From NCBI GenBank assembly GCA_043739185.1, contig JAYUEN010000252.1:1-42058 (forward strand): a stretch of DNA of 42,058 bases, in the 5' to 3' direction. The DNA is from Bdellovibrionales bacterium (GTDB lineage Bacteria > Bdellovibrionota > Bdellovibrionia > Bdellovibrionales > JAMPXM01). The notes under the pieces are model-generated. The model was not told the DNA's origin. It searched no databases and saw only the letters and a program-made list of their open reading frames with translations. The translations under genes and the position numbers were made by a program. Below are positions 20,133 through 27,541 of this stretch, piece by piece (the first letter of the stretch is position 1; every line of letters begins with the position of its first letter).

Positions 20133-21035
20133 ATGAATCAAAACTTTAACTTCGAAGATCGCGCAAAACTTTTTAGTCAAATAGGAACTGCGGTTCTTGC
20201 CTTGGTCATTTTAATCAGTGTGATGGCATCATTTTCAATCATTGCGCCGGGAAATACCGGAGTGATCTTCAATTTATGGACGGGTTCATTGCGGGCGGTG
20301 CCACAGGGCATAGCTTGGAAGATGCCTTTTGTGACCGATGTTCAAAGTTATCCGACAGCACTTCGCACCTACACGATGGTCAAGAGATCAAATGAAGGCT
20401 CTTCTTCAGGAGATGATAGCATTGATTTGCCGACCCTTGAGGGTCAGCATATTCGTCAAGATTTATCGGTGACTTATAATACTTCCGAAGAAAAAGCAGC
20501 CCAGGTTTTCAAATCTTTTCGAGGCGCAGATATTTCAGAGATTGAAGCAACCTTCATTCGAAGAACCATTATCACAGTGGCTCAGAACGTAGCTGGCCAA
20601 ATGAATTTGTCTGAAGTGATTTCGTCAAAGCGAAATGCTTTGCAAGATCAAATTCAAAAGAATTTAACTGGTGAACTTGAGAAAATGGGTTTTTTATTAG
20701 ACAAAGTGAATCTCGGAGCCAGTCATTTACCACCTTCACTTGAAACGCAAATGCAGCAGAAGATGGCCGCGCAACAACAAGCTCAGCAAGCAGAGTATGA
20801 ATTGCAAAAGCAAGAAATGTTGGCCAAAGCCAATGTTGCAAAGGCTCAGGGAGAAGCACAATCTATTTTAGTTCGTGCTAAAGCTGAGGCTGAAGGGAAT
20901 CGCCTTCTGCAGTCGACCCTGACTCAAGCTTTGATTCAAAGTAAAACCATTGAAAAATGGAATGGGATTCTGCCTCAAGTGACAGGTGGCTCAACTCCAT
21001 TTTTGGATTTAAGAGCCTCTGCAAAAAAAGAGTAG
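20133..21035 (+). CDS. SPFH/prohibitin family membrane protein
   Basis: N-terminal TM, PGNTGV, coiled AQQQAQQAE..AQGEA, IEKWNGILP. Confidence 0.9.
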   Translation: MNQNFNFEDRAKLFSQIGTAVLALVILISVMASFSIIAPGNTGVIFNLWTGSLRAVPQGIAWKMPFVTDVQSYPTALRTYTMVKRSNEGSSSGDDSIDLPTLEGQHIRQDLSVTYNTSEEKAAQVFKSFRGADISEIEATFIRRTIITVAQNVAGQMNLSEVISSKRNALQDQIQKNLTGELEKMGFLLDKVNLGASHLPPSLETQMQQKMAAQQQAQQAEYELQKQEMLAKANVAKAQGEAQSILVRAKAEAEGNRLLQSTLTQALIQSKTIEKWNGILPQVTGGSTPFLDLRASAKKE

Positions 21036-22892
21036 TTAGTTATCGCAGCTCAATGAGATTCGACGTTTTATTTCGCGTTGAAAATTGTCCCCGACCCATC
21101 CGACAGCAAGCGAATAGGCCACCATGCCATGACACCTATTTTGGGCGGCACGCAAGCTTTGCTCAAGTCGAGCTCGCTCGGTTGGTTGCAGTGCTGTGCT
21201 AGCTAATTTCGCTTTAATATTCCTAACCACTTCAGTGGCACTATCCACTTGTTTATACATGACCATGCTTTCAAGTTCCTCTTTAACACTCGGGCGCATT
21301 CCGGGCCCATACTTCGGATCGTAATTTTTAACCAAAGCTGCGAAATGTGCCTTTGCTTCCTTTGGATCCACGTTGCCTGTAACACCAGCTTTTTCAATTA
21401 TATCAGCTGGTGGTTTCTGCGGAGACGGAATATTAGTTGGCGGTCTAGGAATCGATGGGGGCGCCGGTGGGGGTGGTGCAACTGGAGCAGGAGGAGGCGG
21501 CGGCGGCTTAGCATTAGCGGCCACATTTATTGGTGCCACCACATTTGGTTTGCCTGAAAAAAAGCTGCCGTCTATCACCGCTTTAATTTGTGATTCAGTC
21601 AATCCTGATGCTCGCATTCCATCGATTGCGGCTTGACGTTTTCCCACGTTCATCAGACTTTCACGATAGTTTGCAATGGCTTCGGCTTTAGCCCAACTCA
21701 GTTCGACTCCAAAAAATTTCTTACCTGCAACGATGGTAGCATTAACAAAATCTTGGCGAGCGGTGCCTACGTATCCACGTAGGATCATAAAGTCGGCTTC
21801 TTTTTCTGAAAAGCCGCCTTCCTCCATTAAGATTCTTTTCTTTTCTCGTAGGGAGTCGCCTGAATAATGTCCATAAGTTTCGCCTTTGTCTTGACCAACC
21901 TTATGGGCTTTCTCATAGGCGGTAACTTCGGTCTCATTTAAATCTTTTCCTCGATGCAGCTCTTGGTTAAGTTTGGCCAGCTTTTGGGATTCTGAGAGTG
22001 GCGCAATTTCTGCCTCTGCCGTTGCAATTCTGGCTTCACGACCAATTGCTTTTAAATCTGAAATTGCAGCGGTCAGGCGTACGGTTCGGAGCCCGGCCAT
22101 AACAGCGACTCGGGCAAGTCCATAGCCACCGGCAAATGCCGAGATCGCTTCGCAAGCTAGGGCTGCGGCTGCTCTTGAATTGTAACACTCAAGTCGAACC
22201 CCGAACTCGCCAAGTTTTTCATAGGCCTTATCGAGCAAACCTTGATCTGAAGCATTTGGCGAACGAATAGGATTCATGCTTTCATCGTGTTTCTTTTTCC
22301 AAGCTAAATATTCTTTTTCTTCAGCGGTGAAGGGCTCCGGACGATTAAAGGAATTGTACTCAACATGAAGACCTACGTATTTTTCCCGCAGTCCCTTGGC
22401 GCGGATTAAATCCCTTTGTATTTGCTGGCAGTTTGAGGCTTGCAATTTTTCAGAGGATGGTTCTTTGACCTGCAAAAGCTTAGGCACAGTTGAGTTATAA
22501 GCTGTGAAGATATTTTCTTTGATTTTCGGATCACCATTACATTGGGCAAGTTTCAAGTCGGCTTCTGCTTTGCGAGCATTTGCTTTGGATAGTTCTTCGC
22601 CAATCATTCCTGCAGTATTATCCCATAGACAGCCCGTAACCCATTCGCCGACTAGGCCAAAGCCAATAGAGTTTTCACCTGTGCAATCGAGGGCCTTAGC
22701 TTTGACGTCCCCGCCGTCATCTTGAATCATTTTGTATAATTGTTTACATTGGGGTTCCCGCTTTGTTTCTTCACATTGTATTCTTGTAATATCAGTCAAT
22801 TGTTGGATCTGTGCATTCTTGGGTGGACAAAGTGGATTTGCTGCACCGGCATTTGTGGCAAAAATGAGAATGAAAAGCGAGTGAAATAGCAT
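21036..22892 (-). CDS. Secreted multidomain hypothetical protein with Pro-rich linker
   Basis: 618-aa ORF, signal peptide, Cys-rich N-terminus, PPPPPPAPVAPPPPAPP linker. Confidence 0.8.
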   Translation of the reverse strand: MLFHSLFILIFATNAGAANPLCPPKNAQIQQLTDITRIQCEETKREPQCKQLYKMIQDDGGDVKAKALDCTGENSIGFGLVGEWVTGCLWDNTAGMIGEELSKANARKAEADLKLAQCNGDPKIKENIFTAYNSTVPKLLQVKEPSSEKLQASNCQQIQRDLIRAKGLREKYVGLHVEYNSFNRPEPFTAEEKEYLAWKKKHDESMNPIRSPNASDQGLLDKAYEKLGEFGVRLECYNSRAAAALACEAISAFAGGYGLARVAVMAGLRTVRLTAAISDLKAIGREARIATAEAEIAPLSESQKLAKLNQELHRGKDLNETEVTAYEKAHKVGQDKGETYGHYSGDSLREKKRILMEEGGFSEKEADFMILRGYVGTARQDFVNATIVAGKKFFGVELSWAKAEAIANYRESLMNVGKRQAAIDGMRASGLTESQIKAVIDGSFFSGKPNVVAPINVAANAKPPPPPPAPVAPPPPAPPSIPRPPTNIPSPQKPPADIIEKAGVTGNVDPKEAKAHFAALVKNYDPKYGPGMRPSVKEELESMVMYKQVDSATEVVRNIKAKLASTALQPTERARLEQSLRAAQNRCHGMVAYSLAVGWVGDNFQREIKRRISLSCDN

Positions 22893-22992
22893 CAGTCTCA
22901 GTTCGGCTAAATAATCTAATTTCTTTATCTAAAAACGAGCCATAAAGTTACTTTGGCGACTCTATGTCCTCTGGACCATTGCCGAGAGAGTC

Positions 22993-23008
22993 TGGCCCAG
23001 AGTTTGCT
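22993..23008 (+). promoter_or_regulatory. Possible sigma54 motif upstream of the ABC-F gene
   Basis: TGGCCCAGAGTTTGCT (GG-N10-GC). Confidence 0.35.
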
Positions 23009-23102
23009 AATAACTAAACCATATAGTTTTAGTTGAGTTTGGCCCATAGGCGGGCTAGACAATTTGCAATCCTTAGTACATTTTTTTCAAAGTGAAAGAT
23101 CT

Positions 23103-24704
23103 ATGATTAGCACATCAAATTTAAGTCTCCGATTCGGAGCCAAAAAACTTTTCGAAGACGTCAATGTCAAATTTACCCCTGGCAATTGTTATGGACTCAT
23201 TGGCGCCAATGGTGCAGGTAAAACGACCTTTTTTAAAATCCTTTCAAAAGAGATTGAGCCGAATACGGGCGAAGTTTCGATTCCTCCAAATTTAAGACTC
23301 TCGGTTTTAAAGCAAGATCATTATGCTTATGATGAGCAGCAAGTTCTTAAAACCGTGATGATGGGAAATGAAAAACTTTTTAAGATTATGCAGGAAAAAG
23401 AAGAGCTTTATGCCAAGCCTGACTTTTCGGACGCCGACGGAGTTAGGGCATCAGAGCTTGAAATGGCTTTTGCCGAACTTGGCGGTTATGAAGCAGAATC
23501 TGAAGCTGGCACTATGCTGGCCGGTCTTGGAGTAGACGAAAGCCTTCATTTTGGTTTGGTTCGCGATTTGGTAAGTGGAGACAAGGTTAAGGTTTTGCTC
23601 GCTCAGGCCATTTTCGGTCAGCCTGATATTTTGTTATTAGATGAGCCGACAAATCATTTGGATATATACGCAATTCAGTGGCTTGAGGAATTTCTTTTAA
23701 ATTTTGAAAATACCGTCATCGTTATTTCGCATGATCGACACTTTTTAAATAAAGTTTGCACACATATGGCCGACATTGATTATTCAAAAGTAACTACATT
23801 TACCGGAAACTATGATTTCTGGCGCGGGGCAAGTGAACTGAGTCAGCGCCTACTTTCAGATCAAAACAAAAAAAGCTCTGATAAGGCTGAAGAGTTAAAA
23901 GCCTTTATTGCAAGGTTTAGTGCCAATGCCTCGAAATCTCGTCAGGCCTCATCACGCCAAAAGCAGCTCGAGAAGCTTGAATTCAATGATATGCCGAAGT
24001 CTTCTCGAAAGCAGCCATTTGTGGGCTTTGATCTTAAAAAAGAGTTGGGCAATGATATTCTCTTGGTCGAGGGACTTTCAAAAAGTTTGAATGGCGAGAA
24101 AATTCTTAAAAACATAAATTTTCGTATGAACAAGGGCGATAAGATCGCTCTCATCGGAAAAAACGATCTGGCCAAAACCCTTCTTCTTGATATTTTGGCC
24201 GGAGATGTTCAGGCTGACAGCGGTAAATTTTCATGGGGCGGCTCGACGATTCGCAATTATTTCCCTACCGATAATTCGAAATACTTTACTGGTGATGAAG
24301 AAAGTTTAGTCGAGTGGCTCAGGCAATATTCTGAAGACAAAGATGAATCATTCATTCGGGGCTTTTTAGGAAAAATGCTGTTTAGTGGCCCAGAGGCTTT
24401 GAAGCGTCCAAAAGTTTTATCGGGCGGAGAAAAAGTACGTTGTATGCTCGCCAAAATGATGCTCTCAGGGGCCAATGTTTTGATGCTAGACGGGCCGACA
24501 AGTCATCTCGATCTTGAAAGTATCACCGCAGTCAATGAAGGCATCAAGAGATTCAAGGGTAGCGTGATCTTCACCTCTCATGATCACGAATTTATTCAAA
24601 CAGTTGCCAATCGCATAATTGAAATTGATGTCGGCATTACCTATGACAATCACATTAGCTTTGATGAATATATCGAAGAGAGAAAAGCAAAAATATTGAA
24701 GTGA
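23103..24704 (+). CDS. ybiT: ABC-F family ATPase (YbiT/YkpA-like)
   Basis: Two NBDs and no TM segments: GANGAGKT, LLDEPTNHLD, SHDRHFLN, linker RFSANASKSRQASSR, LSGGEKVR. Confidence 0.92.
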   Translation: MISTSNLSLRFGAKKLFEDVNVKFTPGNCYGLIGANGAGKTTFFKILSKEIEPNTGEVSIPPNLRLSVLKQDHYAYDEQQVLKTVMMGNEKLFKIMQEKEELYAKPDFSDADGVRASELEMAFAELGGYEAESEAGTMLAGLGVDESLHFGLVRDLVSGDKVKVLLAQAIFGQPDILLLDEPTNHLDIYAIQWLEEFLLNFENTVIVISHDRHFLNKVCTHMADIDYSKVTTFTGNYDFWRGASELSQRLLSDQNKKSSDKAEELKAFIARFSANASKSRQASSRQKQLEKLEFNDMPKSSRKQPFVGFDLKKELGNDILLVEGLSKSLNGEKILKNINFRMNKGDKIALIGKNDLAKTLLLDILAGDVQADSGKFSWGGSTIRNYFPTDNSKYFTGDEESLVEWLRQYSEDKDESFIRGFLGKMLFSGPEALKRPKVLSGGEKVRCMLAKMMLSGANVLMLDGPTSHLDLESITAVNEGIKRFKGSVIFTSHDHEFIQTVANRIIEIDVGITYDNHISFDEYIEERKAKILK

Positions 24705-24760
24705 TAGTTCGCTTCAATTTTCAGAGGCTCCGCGTTCAGCAGCTGGCATTCAGGAGTCGG

Positions 24761-24878
24761 ATAGCTGCAGCAGATCCAGAATCAGAGTCTGGATCCGTTG
24801 ACTGAAGGCTGTTCACCGAAACTGGCAAGCTGTTGACTGCCGCTGCTGCCGTTAAAACTGATTTGATTTCTAGTGCAA
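24761..24878 (+). repeat. Cryptic intergenic element, copy 1
   Basis: Two blocks (24761-24793, 24815-24878) match the reverse complement of 34545-34577 and 34480-34543 at 25/33 and 53/64 nt (hand count). Confidence 0.85.
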
Positions 24879-25010
24879 AAGCTAGAGCCTCGGAGCAATC
24901 TTTGTCACCAGTGTTCAATTGATAGTCGATAGTAATCGCGGAATCTGCTTTCGGTGAGTGTTGTTCGACTATCAAGTGATGTCCAAAGTCATTATAGCAA
25001 GGCTAGATGC

Positions 25011-25026
25011 TGGCATAGGGCGTGCA
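25011..25026 (+). promoter_or_regulatory. Putative sigma54 promoter
   Basis: TGGCATAGGGCGTGCA (GG-N10-GC), about 35 bp upstream of ATG 25060. Confidence 0.5.
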
Positions 25027-25059
25027 ATTCTAATTGATCTATATACCCGGAGATTTAAT

Positions 25060-26550
25060 ATGAGAAAATTGTTTTGCGCACTTTTATTTGCTCTCATTTC
25101 AAATACTGCAATTGCGAAGACCTATATTGGACAATTGATTCAAAATGAAAGTCCAAACGGCGAAATAGTACTTCAAACCAAAACAGGCCAATATCTATTA
25201 GATATACCAGCTGAAAAATTCGTGGCTGTGAGTTCACTTGTCGGTAAAATTAACTTCGTAGAAGTGCACGCTGAGCCCGGTAGGAACGGTCGAATTCAGA
25301 TTGATCAAATTCCGACGATCATTAGTGGTGATAAGAAAATTACGGGAAGATTGATCAAACGTGCAAATTACAACGGGCCTTATCCATTTGAAATTGACGG
25401 TTTGCCTGTAAAGTTAGGACGCACCAAAACTGTTAACGGCGCAAGTTTTGACGATAAAAGCTCAGAATATTTTGTGGATAAACAGGTGAATGCTGTAGGC
25501 GAGATGGATTCTTATGGTGGCTTTGTTTTGCAATCTATTATGAGAGCTGATGTTTTGGCCGCCGATATTATGCCAGTCGATGATACCGAACAAGACACTG
25601 AATACAGAAAATTTAGGGATGATCCGACCAAGTTTATAAACCGAATTTTACGCGGTAAAGGAGAATTGAAATCTCCCAACTGGATGAAGGGAACTCTATT
25701 TTCAGACTCAACTCAGCCGGTAAAAACCGGGGACGCGGTTCTCATAATTTCAGCTAGTGGACGCGAAGGTGACAGCACCGGAGCTGTGAATGGTCACTTC
25801 TCTGCAGGCATTGGTTATGTTGGTGCGGATGGCCTTGTCTCAGGTGAAATGTTCAATGTCTATGTTACCAACGAAAAAGAAATTGTACCTGGCAATGTGA
25901 ATCTTACGGATTATTTCGGACATTTGGTGAGTGGCCAAAGCAACTATCGCCCAACCTATACTATGATGCTATATGGAATTTCTCCCGAGAAAATTTTAGA
26001 AGTGAAAGCCGAGCTTGATCGCTTTCACCCTGCCTTTCGAGATACAGCACATCCAACCAAAATCACCTGTGCAACAAATTGTGCAACGACGACTGTTCAG
26101 GCTTTGTCCGATATCAATGTATTTGGCACTCAAAGAAACGGCAGTCCTAAAGTTGCGGCGAATTCACCTGATGAATTTATACATTTATCTGAAGAAACTA
26201 GTTTAGCTAAGCCGCCCAGTATTTTAAAAATGGTTGGGTATTTAGCTAAAGTAAAGCGCGCAGAATTTATGCCCGGCCCGGCCTTTGTTTCGATTCTGAA
26301 TAATTTACCTAAGTTAGTTCAAAATAGAGATCTTGGCATTAAGAGAGCCGACTTTATTTTTGGTGGACAAACTCCATCCGCGCGCCCAGTTGGGAAAAAT
26401 CCTTCAATGGGAGTTGCGGATGAGCTGCGTATGCAAGCCGTAGTTGGTGTCGAATTAGTCGCCGACAAAGTTCAGAAATTGACGGGTAAATTCAGTAAGA
26501 AAAAATCTGGGTCGGCCGATCAATGCGAAGCTATGTTCACCGGCAAGTAA
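25060..26550 (+). CDS. Secreted hypothetical protein, candidate permuted papain-like (His-before-Cys) enzyme
   Basis: GGAGA RBS, signal peptide MRKLFCALLFALISNTAIA, motifs GHFSAG and TNCATT. Confidence 0.75.
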   Translation: MRKLFCALLFALISNTAIAKTYIGQLIQNESPNGEIVLQTKTGQYLLDIPAEKFVAVSSLVGKINFVEVHAEPGRNGRIQIDQIPTIISGDKKITGRLIKRANYNGPYPFEIDGLPVKLGRTKTVNGASFDDKSSEYFVDKQVNAVGEMDSYGGFVLQSIMRADVLAADIMPVDDTEQDTEYRKFRDDPTKFINRILRGKGELKSPNWMKGTLFSDSTQPVKTGDAVLIISASGREGDSTGAVNGHFSAGIGYVGADGLVSGEMFNVYVTNEKEIVPGNVNLTDYFGHLVSGQSNYRPTYTMMLYGISPEKILEVKAELDRFHPAFRDTAHPTKITCATNCATTTVQALSDINVFGTQRNGSPKVAANSPDEFIHLSEETSLAKPPSILKMVGYLAKVKRAEFMPGPAFVSILNNLPKLVQNRDLGIKRADFIFGGQTPSARPVGKNPSMGVADELRMQAVVGVELVADKVQKLTGKFSKKKSGSADQCEAMFTGK

Positions 26551-26573
26551 AATTCCCATAAACGAAGCCGCGA

Positions 26574-27059
26574 TTATTTTCTTAAAGATTTTTCATTCTG
26601 AATATGAGTGGGGATTCCGGTTCCGCTCCAAATTGACTTTTGATAGCCGTCGATGCGTATTTTTTTTGAAGTAATATCGACATTGATAAGTCCGTTGAAA
26701 TGAGACTCAACAGCTCTAAAAGCTAAACGCAACAACGTCTCGTCAGCATCATGACAATCATCAACTTTTATTGGAGCTTCATCGCTCTTGTAAATTCGCG
26801 ATTCTTTACTTTGATTTTTAAGAAAAATATTGACGTTTTTAGCCCGCTCCATGGTTTCAGAATATTGCAGTAGTGCAGCTGCGACTTTGCTGTCAAAACA
26901 ATGTGGACAATAAGTTGAATGGCTCAAATCGTCAGGTATCTCTTTTAAAAATGAAAAACTATCTTCTTCTAAAAATTGTGCGCAGTTTTTACAAATCGAC
27001 TCTTTGCAGATTTCACAATTCAAGCTGGACTTTGGGTTCAGGCAAATACAACACGCCAA
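26574..27059 (-). CDS. Cys-rich zinc-finger hypothetical protein
   Basis: CCIC, CEIC, CKNC, CPHC. GGGAG RBS before TTG. C-terminus loosely resembles YbjQ/heavy-metal-binding folds. Confidence 0.7.
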   Translation of the reverse strand: MACCICLNPKSSLNCEICKESICKNCAQFLEEDSFSFLKEIPDDLSHSTYCPHCFDSKVAAALLQYSETMERAKNVNIFLKNQSKESRIYKSDEAPIKVDDCHDADETLLRLAFRAVESHFNGLINVDITSKKIRIDGYQKSIWSGTGIPTHIQNEKSLRK

Positions 27060-27079
27060 ATTTAAACTCCCGATTTGCT

Positions 27080-27532
27080 TTAAGCTTTGTAAGGTCGCTT
27101 GCTTTGTTTTACTTTAATATCAAGTTCATTTAAAATTTTGGTCCAGCCCTTTTTAGTCGCTTCGACATACTCAATTAACACATTTTCATGATCAAGGCTC
27201 AGTTTTGTTTGCGCATTGGCCTTTTCAAACTTGAGCTCCACCTGACTCGATTCTTTTGAAAATAGTGGCACTTCCCAGGTGAAGCTTAGCAGCTTGGGCC
27301 GCTCAAGCTTCAGATATTTTCCGATATGGTCAACGACCTGTCCGTTGCGGCGAACCCGAAAGCGAAAAGCTCCGCCAATTTGAGCGTCAATTTGAATGGC
27401 TAAGATTTCTTTATCACTTGCAAATAACCACGTACTAATATTTTGTGGATCAAGCCACGCATCAAACAGCTTTTCGGGCGAATGATCAAAAAACATCTCG
27501 ACATGAATTTTCGAAAATTTGGCAGCATTCAT
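27080..27532 (-). CDS. SRPBCC/AHSA1-like domain protein
   Basis: SPEKLFDAWLDP, IGGAFRF, GKYLKLERPKLLSFTW, GWTKIL. Confidence 0.9.
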   Translation of the reverse strand: MNAAKFSKIHVEMFFDHSPEKLFDAWLDPQNISTWLFASDKEILAIQIDAQIGGAFRFRVRRNGQVVDHIGKYLKLERPKLLSFTWEVPLFSKESSQVELKFEKANAQTKLSLDHENVLIEYVEATKKGWTKILNELDIKVKQSKRPYKA

Positions 27533-27541
27533 ATTTGAGCC

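Noticed and set aside
24880..24945. tmRNA tag-like ALAFA in the minus-strand frame
   Set aside because: Not followed by a stop codon and no tRNA-like ends nearby.
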